Of a stretch of 64,000 nucleotides of DNA, positions 47,017-58,291 are shown one piece after another. Every line of letters begins with the position of its first letter. Position 1 is the first letter of the stretch. The notes beneath the pieces were generated by a model. The model worked only from the letters and a program-made list of their open reading frames with translations, had not been told where the DNA came from and ran no database searches. A program made the position numbers and the translations under genes. Origin of the DNA: Phaeosaccion multiseriatum (taxonomy: Eukaryota; Protista; Ochrophyta, other classes); contig OZ218953.1 of NCBI GenBank assembly GCA_965112735.1, positions 2,666,001 through 2,730,000 on the forward strand. The letters are read 5' to 3'.

Positions 47017-49699
47017 ATGATCGCACCGCCTTTGCTGATGGTAAGAGCACGCAGTCCTTGTTCGCGTGCGATTGAGGGCTGGCCTGCGCTGCTGCTGCCA
47101 CCGCCGCCGCCGCTGCTGCTGCTACTACTACTGCATCGTGGGGGCTAGGGAGGAAGCCTAGACCTTGGAGCCCTATCGCGTAGAAGAGAGGCGCTGGGGG
47201 GGGGGAGCCGTCGCCAGGCACGAAGCAATGCGATGCGGGCTGCTGTGGCCGACGGGCGCCTCCAGATTTCACGTGCCCCTCGAGTTTGTGCAGGAGCGGC
47301 TGGAGTCTAGGCTCAAATGAGGGCTCCACTCCACAGCAGCAGAAGGAGGCCTATTCGCTCATATCGCGGCTCTCTTCGCTTACTTTAGGCAGCGACCCCA
47401 GTGAGGTTCGTACGAGACAACGAGAGGGGGGGGGGGTGCGTCATAAATGCACGGCCCGAGCAGGCCGACGAGGGAAGCGGGAGGTGCTTGGCGTACATTC
47501 TGCCCACCGTTATTCGCTCGGTTTCGGCCGCGCTCCCCTTTCTTCTTGCCTTTCTTCTTTCTTGCCTTCCCGTCCAAGGGCAGGGAGTGAGGGACCTTGC
47601 TTCGTATTGGTTGGACGACTCTTTGACGTGAGAAGTACCGAAGAAGACAGGCTCTACCTGTGCAGTAGATAATGGTCCATGAGAAAGGAAGGAAGGAAGA
47701 AAACGTGTAACTGAAACGCTCCTTCGTTCGTCACATGTTTCAATTTCAGTTTCTTCTCCCCCCCCCTCCCCACCCCCAGAAGGTTTTATGGGGGGAAGGA
47801 ACGGGTGGGCCCAGTGATGGAGTCCGTGATGCCGTGGACCCTCTTTGGGTACGACTCCCAGCCGCCGCCACTGGAAGCCGAGGTGGAAGACGCACCGATC
47901 AAAGAGAAGCAAAGGCTCCCCCACCAGAACGGGTCGGTGGAGGAAGGCAATGACGAGGCACGGATGGAAATGGTGACAGTGCTGAACTCGGAGCTCGTAA
48001 AGGCCAAGCTGGAGAAGGCAGAAGGGGAGCAAAGGGCCAGCAAGGCAGAGGCGCATGTGAAGGAGCTGAAACAGAAGCTGATGGAGGGGGCCGGGCTGCA
48101 GCTCGTGTTGGGCCGACTCGGTGAAGCGCTTGGTGTTGGCGGGGGAGATGGGAAGGAGGCAGCCTCGCCCTCCTTGGAAGATCTACTCACAAGGGTGGCG
48201 GAGGTGCAGGAGGACAATGCGGGTTTACGTGCAGCTCAGGAGGAGCTGATGGAGGCGAGCAGCGGTGGAGGGAACAACGAGGCGGAGAAGGAAGCTTTGG
48301 CGCTAATAGCTGAGACTTTGAGCAGGGATGACACGGCAGTCCCGCCCTCATTGGACCCCATTCTGAACAAGGTCTTGGGTTTGCAGGAGGAGAATGCGGG
48401 TTTGCGGGTAGCGAAGGAGGAGTTGCTGAATCAGGGAGCGAATAAGGGCGAGGAAGTTCTCCGGCGCTTCGCTGACGTCCTCGGTGTCGCGAAGGAGAGT
48501 GGAGATGATGCAGCAGCAACAGCAGCGGCGACACCCTTGCTGGAGGACATGTTGACAAAAGTAGCGGAGATTCAGGAAGGAAGCTCCAGTCTTCAGGCGG
48601 CACAGGAGAAGCTGCTGCTGGAGTCCAATGCGGCTCAAGTGGGAAGCGACGTGGAGGAAACACTGCGGCGAGTCGCTGATGCGCTCGAGCCTGGGGCGCC
48701 TGGTGGAGAGGAGGACGCCACTGTCTCCTCGTCCTCCCACACGTTGGAGGCCATCTTGGTCAAGATTGAGCAGGCTGAGGTGGAGCATGCGAGTCTTTCC
48801 GCTGCGCACAAAGAGTTGGAGGCAGCGAGCGCTCGCACTAGCAACGAGTGCACTAAGCTCAGAAGCATTCTAGAGCGTGTAGCGTCAGATCTGCTCCTTT
48901 CACCCGCCGGTGGGGAGGAGGAGGAGGAGGAGGAGAAGCAGGAGGGGGAGGAAGGGCTACACAGGAAGTTATCTGCCGGGGTTGAGGGACTGAAAGGACG
49001 CATTTCAAAGGAGCTTAGCCTCTGCGACAAGTCCCCCGATACCATGGTCGTACCATGCGTGAACGTCACAGAAGGGGTGGAGAGGCTATTGGCGGAAGCT
49101 GCGCAGCTCCGCGCCCGCCTGACTGGGCAAAGCGAGGAGCTCGCTCAGCAGGAGGCCCAGAGAGCGGCGGCAGAAGCTTTACAAGAGATCCTTGCACGTA
49201 CCGAGACCAACGTTATGACGGAGAGCCTGAACCAGGATCTTCAGGCGGCTCAGGCCAGAGCCGAGCAGCTCGAGCTGGAGCTCGAGATGGAGCGAAGCGA
49301 GGCCAGGAGGGCGGCCGAGTCAAAGCAGAGGGACGACGGTAGCCATGTCGAGCGCCTGCTAGAGACGGAGCGACTGCTACAGAGTGCGGTGGACAAGGCC
49401 ATGGAGGAAGAAGCCAAGCGGCGGGTGGCGGAAGAGGCGGAAGAGGCAGCGAGGGACGAGCTGGAACAGGCCCAGCAGCTCTTGGACAAGACTCGGCAAG
49501 AAGCCGCCCACGAGGCGGCCCTCCTCTCCGACGAGGCGCAGCAGGCCCGCACAGCATTGGAGAGGGAGAGCAACGCACAGCTGTCCACCCTCGTAAAGAG
49601 CCTGGTGGAGGCCACGGCCGAGCACGTGCAGATGGAGAGGAGCCTAGAGGAGATAGGCACGCAGAACGTCGAGCTGAGAAGGGAGTTGGATCAGCAGCA

Positions 49700-49748
<49 letters not shown>

Positions 49749-52700
49749 GCGATATTAGGACAGGAGGAGGAGGAGGAGGAGAAGGAGGAGGAGGAGGAGG
49801 AGGAGGAGGAGGAGGAGGAGGAGGAGGGGGGGGAGGGGGGGGAAGCGCTCCCTGTCGCTGAGAGGGGAACTCAAGAGAGTGCAGCAGCGGCCGAAGGAGA
49901 GAAGGCTGTCTTGGAGGCGCAGAGAGAGGTAAGTGTACTGGGCTTCCTCTCCTTGAGAGCAAACCGGCTTGTTACTCATCAAGCGAACGCCCCCTCTTCC
50001 TCCCTCTCCCCTCCCCTCCTCTTCCTCCTCCTCCTCCTCTCCTCTGTTGCAAGCAGGAGTATGCCAGCGCCATGGCGGCGTGGCAGGAAGAGAAGAAGGC
50101 TTTGCTGGAGCAGAAGGAGAGCCTCGAGTATGACGTTGGTCGACTCAGGGACGAATTGGCTGCGGAGAGTACGGCACGGCCTGAGAACGGTAAGCACATC
50201 TTGTGGAGTTGAAACTTACTCAGCTTATTCGCGTCTTCTTCGCAAGAGAATAAGCCCCAAAAGGAGTGGGATTAATAACTTCAACTCTACTGGCTTGCCC
50301 CTAAACCCTCCGCTCCGTCCCTCTGTTGTTATCGCTGTCATTGCCCCTGCCCCCCAGATACAGCCCCCATAGCAGCGCTACACGAGGAGCTTGCGGAGCT
50401 GCAACAGCAGAACGTGCTGCTACGGGACGACAGCGCTGTGGAAAAGGCCGCCCTTCAGCAGCAGCTGGAGAAGATGCATGAGCAGTTCGACAGCATGCTG
50501 GAGGAGAGAGAAACACAACCACCACCACCACCAGCAGCAGCAGCAGCAGAAGAAGAACACTCTGGTGCTCCCTCTGGGGGAGGGGCGGAGGGGGAAGAAG
50601 TGGCTGCACTGCGGGCACGTATTGAGGAGATGCAAATGGAAATTGTCGCCTTGGGCGATTGCTATCAAGACCAGTTTATGAACATGGAGAGAGAGACCAC
50701 CGCTCTCAAGAGCACCGTCGACGCCCTGACGCAGCAGAGGGGCAGTCTTCGGCTTCAGCTCGACACTCTCCAGGAGGAAATGCAGGACCAGCTGCTGGAG
50801 GCCATCACGCCGCACTTGGAGGAGAATTTGGAGTGGAAGGCAAAGGTGGAGGCTTTGGAAGGACGAGTGGCCGCCCGCCCCCCCGCCGGATCCGGAGAAG
50901 GAAATGGAAATGGAACTACGGAGTTGGCGACGGCGGTGGCCACCTTGCTGGAGTGCGAGGACGAGAAGGACGAGGTGGTACTCGCCAGGGTGCAGGACTT
51001 GCTCAGCGAGTCAAGGGCGAGTCACAAGCTTGCGGCGGACCTGCAATGTGAAGCCAGCCTGGCGGGGATCAGCGAGAAGGTGGCCGGTATGCTTCAAAGC
51101 CAGGGTCAAGCAGGCAAAGCAGGCCAAGCCCAGACCGAGCTGCATGGCCTCCTTAACGAGCTGTCCCGCATTCTGCAGTGCGGAGAGGCTGCGGCAGACG
51201 TCCTTGCAAGTGCAGAGGGCGTGCAGGCTGCATTGGAGGATGCCTACGGGAAGCTGGGGGCCGCGGAGATGTGGGAGCAGGCCGTGAGCGACATGGCAGA
51301 GCAGCTGGGGTGCGAACCTCATGGTGTGAAGCAGAGGATGGCGGAGCTGCTTTCGACCAGGAATAGGGAGGAGGGGGGAGCGCCCGGGCCTGAGGGAAGG
51401 GCTGGTGGCGGCTTTACTCCGGATGCGGATGCTGCTGCCGCTGTTGCAGAACAGGACAGAGAAGGATGGGGAGGCAGCTCTAACGGTAGCCTGTTTGGCG
51501 ACTCTCCATTCCCCACTTCAGCACCAGAGGAGGAGGTCTTGGGGAAGCTGTCAGCGACGCTGCAATGCGAGGCGAGTGTGGAAGGCGTGACTGGGCGGGT
51601 GAGCCAGCTCGTGGCCGACCTTCAGGAGGCACGGGAACAGTTGGACGAGCGGCCGGAAGAGACACTTATCAGCCACCGACAAGAAGGGGCGGGAGGGCAT
51701 ATTGCCAAGGATGACGAAGGAGGGGTGGAGGAGAAGAACGGAACCGCTACTATGTTTGGCAGCGCGGCCCCTATGCCGCAGCACGGGTTCGAGGATGGTT
51801 CACCACCACCGTTCGTCGTCAATGCTTTTGACGCTTCTCAAGACGCGGTTGTGCAGCGTGTGGCTGCTGCTCTAACCTGCGAGGCCACCGAGGAGGCTGT
51901 GTGTGCGCGAGCGCAAGAGTTGGTCGCTAGCCTTGAAGAGGCCGGAGTCAGGGCTGCCGCTGCTGCGGGGGAGCATTCAGCGCTGGGAGAGAGGAGCGAG
52001 GCCGCCCAAGCGCACCAGGAGGACGTCATGTCGACTCTCGCCAGTGTTCTGAGCTGCGAGGCCACTGAGGAGGCTGTGCGTGCCCGAACAGAAGACCTTG
52101 TCGCCAGTCTCGACGAGGCTAGAGCGAGGGTTACTGCAGCTTCGGAGGAGGAATCCGCGCCGGGGGAGGTGAGCAAGGCTGCCCAAGCGCCACTGGAGGA
52201 CGCCATGTTGACTCTCGCCAGTGTCCTGCTGTGTGAGCCGAATGCGCCGGAGGTGCACGAGCGAGTGGTGGAGCTCTTGAGAGAGGTACAGGACGCCAGG
52301 CAAGAGGCGAGCTTGAGGAACGCTGACCTTGTGGACAAGCAACGTTTACTGGGTGATATCGCTGCTGAGCTGGTGTGCGGCCCGGAAGGCGTGTTGGATA
52401 GCGTGAGGGAGATGGTGCTGAGCCTCCGGAATGCACCACAAACACCTCTGCCGCAGCCAGCAGCAGGCGTTGCCGTGCCTGCCCCCTTGGCGTTTGATCC
52501 GGTACTTGCACCACCTCCACCCTCATCGCCGCCGCCACCAGCAGCAGCACCAGCAGCATCACCAGCAGCAGAAGACGACTTCGGAGGGGGGGATGTGGAA
52601 GGGGGAGGCTGGGGTGGCGAGGAGGACCTCTTTGCAGCAGAGGCGAGTGGGGATGGGGGGGGGTTCGCTTCTTCTCCGGTTCTTGTACCGCCACCACCAA

Positions 52701-55700
52701 CTGCACCACCAGCATCACCAGCAGCAGCAGCAGCAGTAGAAGACGACTTCGGAGGGGGGAATGTGGAAGGGGGAGGCTGGGGTGGCGAGGAGGACCTCTT
52801 TGCAGCAGAGGCGAGTGGGGATGGGGGGGGGTTCGCTTCTTCTCCGGTTCTTGTACCGCCACCACCAACAGCACCACCAGCATCACCACCAGCAGCAGCA
52901 GCAGCAGTAGAAGACGACTTCGGAGGGGGGAATGTGGAAGGGGGAGGCTGGGGTGGCGAGGAGGACCTCTTTGCAGGAGAGGCGAGTGGGGATGGGGGGG
53001 GGGTCGCTTCTTCTCCTCCCGCGGCAGCGGACGAGCTGTTTGGAGCTCCTCCGCCAGCCTTTGTTGTTGGGGCTTTCGAAGCTCCTTCTCCTCCTCCTCC
53101 TCCTCCTCCTCCTCCTCCTCCCAGCGATCTATCGGCTCCTTGTCCTCCTCCTCCTGAGGCGAGCGGTCTGTTTGGAGAAAGTCCGGCGCCGCCGCAAGTC
53201 GAAGGGCAAGCAGCAGGCGGATGGGAGACTGCTCTTCCCTCAGCAGTGTTCGGCTATGATGGCGTCCCCGCTGAGCCTCACAACCATCTTGAGGCGGAGG
53301 AGAAGGAGAAGGAGAAGGAGGGCGTATTCATGTCTGCCATTGCCAGCGCCCTAGCTTGCGAGGCGGAAGTGGATAGCGTGCTTAAGCGTGTCGAGGAGCT
53401 GTCCGCCAACCTTGGTGCGGCGCAGCATCAAGCCGAGGGAATGGCAGAGGAGAGAGACTTGCAGCGAAAGAGTGCGGAGGAGGCCAAGGGCCAGCTGGAG
53501 GGCTTTTTGACCGACATGTCTGCCAGTCTGAAGTGCCCGGCCACCGTGGCAGACGTGACAGCCGGGACAGTGGGAGTGACGACTGCTCTGGACGATGCTT
53601 ACTGCAAGCTCGGCGCCCTGGAGGAAGGCGAGGCGGCCCTCAACAGCATCGCGCAGGAGCTTGAGTGCGCGCCGCTCGAGGTCGGGGTGAAGGTTTCCGA
53701 GCTGAGACAAGACATTGCGGCCATCTCGGCCGCTCTGCAGTGCGAGGTAACGGCAACGGCAGAGACTGTGCTAGAGAGAGCGGTGCGGCTTGTAGCGGAG
53801 GAGCAAGAGGCGCGTACCAGGGCTGGGCAGCTGGAGGAGGGCGAGAAGGTCCTTGGCAGCATAGTACAGGAGCTTGAGTGCACACCGCTTGAGGTGGGGG
53901 TGATGGTTTCCAAGCTGAGACAAGACCTTACTGCCATCTCAGCCGCTTTACCTTTGCAGAGCGAGGCAGCGACGGGCACGGCCGAGACTGTGCAAGAGAG
54001 GATTGTGCGGCTTGTGGAGGAAGCGGAAGAGGCGCGGGCCAAGGTTGGGCAGTTGGAGGAATGCGGTGTCGTGTTAGACTTGATCGCAGGGGAGCTCGAA
54101 TGCACACCGGAGAACCTGGAGTATGTGGTGAAGCAATTGCGGGACAACATGGAGGAGTTGAACGCGAAGGGACCCGCTGCTGCTGCCTCGGTGGTTGTCC
54201 ACAGCACCCCTCTGTCACCTCCTCCTCCTCCTCCTGCGGACATGTTCGGAGCTCCTCCTACTGACAGCGCAGGAGCTGCTGCTGCTGCTACTGCTGCTGC
54301 TACTGCTACGGCTGGCATGGTTGGCCAAGATGGATGGGGGGATGACGGCTTTGAAGATATGCTCTCTCCGAAGGCGCCCCCCTCCTCTTCTGACTTGTCC
54401 GTTGTTGCAGAGCTCTTGGGCTGCGAGGCCACGGTGCAGGAAGTGAGCGCGTGCCTGCAAGACATGCAACGGAGTGTCAGCGAGGCGAAGGCACGGGAGC
54501 TGCAGGCCGTGGGGGAAAGCGCCGACAAGGGCCGTGAGGCGGAGGAGTGTGGTATGCTTCTGGACAGCCTCACTGGGGAGCTGGCTTGCCCACGGGAAGG
54601 TGTGCTGGACAAGGTGATGGACTTGCAGGCTAGCGTCAAGGAGTTGAGGGAGAAGGAGGAGGCCAGCGTGTCAGCAGCAGTAACGGGGTCACCCAAGGAG
54701 GAGGAGAAGAAGGTGGCGATGTTTGGAGCACCGCCCCCTTCTTCTGCTGCTGCGGAGAACTCTTCGTCGTTGTTTGGAGTGGCACAAGGGGAGAGCGAGG
54801 AAGATGGATGGGGAGATGACGGTTTCCTGGACATGGACCCCCAAACGCCCCCCCCGCCGTCGTCGGAACCCCCGTCTTCAATAGGCACCCAAGTGGCTTC
54901 CGGCCTGGAGGAAGGTACCGCCCCGCCCCCCGCCTTTGTGTCGGTGTCGTCCTCCGACCTGTCGACACTGGCGGAGCTCTTGGGCTGTGGCTGTGACGCG
55001 AGCCTGCAGCAAGTGAACGAGGGCGTGAGGGAGCTGCAGCGGGAGGTGAGCGAAGCGGACGCGAGGGAGGCGTGCGCGAAGCAGGACTGTGCGGACAAGG
55101 CCGCTGAGCTTGACGGTCTTTTGCTTGAGCTGTCCTCCACTCTCCAGTGCGTGGCGGTGGCCTCAGACGTGGTGGCTGGGACAGAGGGCTTGACAGGGGC
55201 GTTAGAAGACGCGTATGTCAAAGTGGGCGGCTTGGAAGAGCGATTCGACAACCTTGCCAAGGAGCTGACTTGCGACCCGACGGACGTGGAGCAGCATGTG
55301 AAAGACCTGAAGGAGTTGCTGCATGTTGCGTCTGATATTCTCGAGTGCCCTGCTACTGCGGAGGACGTTCGAGAGCATATTCGGCAACTGGCGCAGCAGC
55401 GAAGGAAGAGGGCCAAGGATGATCATCACGATTCGTCCACGCAAACAGCGACACTCGCTGCTGCTGCGAAGGAGGAGGAGGAGGAGGAGGAGGGGCAGCA
55501 GGGCAGCGGTGAGGGAGGAGAAGCAGAGGAGGAGGCCGATGATGCCGACTGTTGGGGGACGGGATCGGACATTGACTTTGACGAGTTGGAGACAAGCCCA
55601 AAGTTCAACGGCGACGGCCACTACAAGACAGAGGCAGAGAGGCGGCTTCTCCAAGAGGAGGAGTTGGAGTCTCTTCCCTCCCCGCTGGTGGGGCTCGGTC

Positions 55701-55769
55701 TCACCACCTCGGAGCCGTTCCCTCCCGTGGTGACCCCCAAACTCCCATTTAGTCCTGGTGCGGAGCAAG

Positions 55770-55812
<43 letters not shown>

Positions 55813-56989
55813 GCGGCGGCAGCAGGATGCACACGACGAGCACCGAGAGGAGGAAGGACTGTTGCAGCACATGTTGAGCAGCCTCAGAGGCGTGCTGGGC
55901 ATGAGGGAAGAGGCCGCAACTGCAGAGACCGTCGTTGCCGAGGTCCAGGCCTTGAAGGACCGAGTCAGCGCCCTCATTCGCTCCTACAGCGGGCACCTGG
56001 ACTTGATCGCCGGGGCGTGGGGAAAGAGTGGCGATCACTTGCCTCGGCGCCTCGTGGATGCTCTCGACGAGGCTAGGGGCGGCTTGTCACGCTTGGACGG
56101 TGATGCTTCGCAGGTTCATGCGAGCATGGAGACGGCCATTTTCGCAACGCTGAGTGACGCTTCTTGCCATTTTGCGCGGGCTATTACAGAGATCCGGGAC
56201 GAGGTGTCGACAGCGTGGGCTGTGCGGCAGTGGGAGCGCCTTCACTTTAGGCAGACTCTGAGCGGCCTTCGCCAGAGGGTGGCAGAGGTGGGGCAGCCCC
56301 AGGAGCAGCAGGAGCAAGAGCAGCAGCGATGGCGACAGCAGACTGAGGAGAAGGAGCAGTTGGAGGGGGAGGAGGTGGCGGGCAACACTGAGCTGGAGGC
56401 GCTGTGCGCAAGTCTGGAAGGGACTCTGGAGGAGGCAGGGGCGGCGTTGGGGGCTCTGGGAGAGTGCTCGGCGCAGGAGGGGCAGGACTTACGAGCGCAA
56501 ATCGCGCATCTCCAAAGGGAGCTCCAGCAGCAGCAGCAGCGGTACCAGGGGCAACAGCAGCAACTCTTGGAGGCGCAGCAACGGACGCAGCAGCTGGGGG
56601 AGGAGAGCCAGCATGCGTGTCAAGAGCTCGCTGCTCAGCTGCGCGAGTCGGAGCGGCGTGTGGAGGGCCTGCAGCAGCAGTTGGCGGCGGCCGAGAGGGA
56701 GGCAGAGAGGCTGCAGCAGGCGGAGAGGGCCGCGCTGGATCGAGTACGAGACGCGATGCAGCAGAAGGAGCAATTGGCCCAATTTGGAGCGGGCCAGAGT
56801 CAGCAGCAGGAGCAGGAGCAGCAGCACGAGCCGCAACCACAGAGCGTGGTACCGCCTCAGCAGGGAGGCACCTCGATTGAGAGAGAGAGGGCCATGGCCC
56901 GGTTCTGGAAGAGACAGACAGGGAACACACTTCTCCTCTCATTCTTCCTCATGTCCCTCTCCTTCGCCTACGACTGTTGTGAGGCATAA
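47017..56989 (+). CDS. Giant (~3,000 aa) acidic coiled-coil/repeat protein with a hydrophobic C-terminus (golgin-like?)
   Basis: ORFs 47805-50372 and 50414-56989 are linked by short GT-AG introns. In-frame upstream exons lie at ~47184-47405 and 47584-47627. The start at 47017 is uncertain. Confidence 0.75.
52570..53016 (+). repeat. Three near-identical ~170-bp coding tandem repeats (EDDFGGG.VEGGGWGGEEDLFA.EASGDGGG.ASSP)
   Basis: gaagacgacttcggagggggg..gaggaggacctctttgcag starts at ~52571, ~52739 and ~52910. Confidence 0.95.
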
Positions 56990-57131
56990 ATAATAAGACA
57001 CGCTTTGTTTTTTTCCGCTTTCAGGATGCTCCATCCGAAGTGCTCTCTCTATTAAAGGTGGTGATTAATAGAGGTAAAGAGACTAGTTGGTAGTGCGAGC
57101 GGCTGCTACCTTGCGTGTGTCGACACATCGT

Positions 57132-57996
57132 TTACGAGGACTTGAGCTTGTCCAGGAGGACGTCAAGCGCAGGGTGCTTCTCACCGAAGTCCGTCACCAC
57201 AGCGCAAGAGCAAGGCACCACCTTGGTGGCCTCCCCATCCTCCCCGATCTTGCACAAGCCAGCCCACTGGCCCAGCTCCTGGCGGGTCTCAACCATGATG
57301 AGGTTGACGCCCCCCTCCTTGCAGAGAGCCTCCACGAGCCGGGTGTACTCCGGGTTCTCGCAGTCCTTGGCCAGGCAGCACAGGCGGGCAGAGCCTCGGT
57401 CCAGGGCCTTCGCGCACCTGGAGGCGTGTAAGTTGAGAGGGAGTGGGGCAAGAGTGGTTGAGTGTGCTGCTGTTGCTCGCTGCTACAAGTTACTCGGACA
57501 GTACCCACTGCAGCCAGTTCTTCCCTCTCCTCCCCTTATATATACCAAGGGACAACGGGGATTGTCTTCACTGAGTCATCCAACACACACCCTCGCGAAG
57601 GTCTCTGCTGCCAACCTCATCCAGCACACACATCCTCGCGATGGCTTTTGCCGCGTGTCGCACACAATTTTCCGGTAGTTATCGAGCTCCAAGTTTCCCT
57701 TCCTTCCCTCTACAATACCAAAAACACTTACTCCTCCCCCCGCCCCCCCCCCCCCGAACCCCCCCCCCCCAACGCAGTCCACGCAACACGCACTCAAGCC
57801 ATAGCCGTGGCCGGGGCTGATCCCATGGCACTCACTCGTGCAGTCCGCGCCTTAGTCCGTCGTGGATGAGCGCCTTCTTCAGGACCTCCTTGAGCGCATC
57901 GAGAATGCTCATCTCAGAAACCTCCACGGCTTCGGTGGCCACCTCCTCCTCCTCCACCACCTCCTCCTCCGCAACGGGGACGTCCTCGGAAGACAT
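57132..57996 (-). CDS. RPS12: 40S ribosomal protein S12 (eS12); one intron ~57418-57835
   Basis: DALKEVLKKALIHDGLRRGLHE|CAKALD..LCCLAKDCENPEYTRLVEALC..LGQWAGLCKI..KVVPCSCAVVTDFG. Confidence 0.97.
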
Positions 57997-58291
57997 GTGT
58001 ATGCTCCTCTGTCTCAGTTAAAGAAGTACGGTCCTTCGTCGATAAGCAATAATGCCCCTCCTCAGCCACGAATTTTCTGCCCATATGCGTGCAAATGCCA
58101 GGCCGATCCTCACGGTTTCGTTTTCCTAAAGGTATACCCAAACGAAACTTGCTTGCTCCTCTTTAGGCAGGGCTGGTGAATCGTTTGCGGTACCACCGCG
58201 GTCGGCGAGGGGAAAAGGAAGAGGGATTTTTTCACTCCCTGTGAAGGAGAAACCGCACCAGGCGCGGCAGGAACGGAGCAGCAGTAACGCG

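Noticed and set aside
46994-47680. Hidden - strand gene that would restore perfect alternation
   Set aside because: The + strand exons here splice in frame into the giant gene, whereas the - strand frames hit stops and give no coherent model.
52570-53016. CRISPR-like repeat array
   Set aside because: The repeats are ~170 bp, in frame and coding, have no unique spacers, and there are no cas genes in this eukaryotic context.
53599-55416. 605-aa antisense ORF
   Set aside because: Mirror ORF of the GC-rich Glu/Ala/Leu-coding giant gene, with no independent features.
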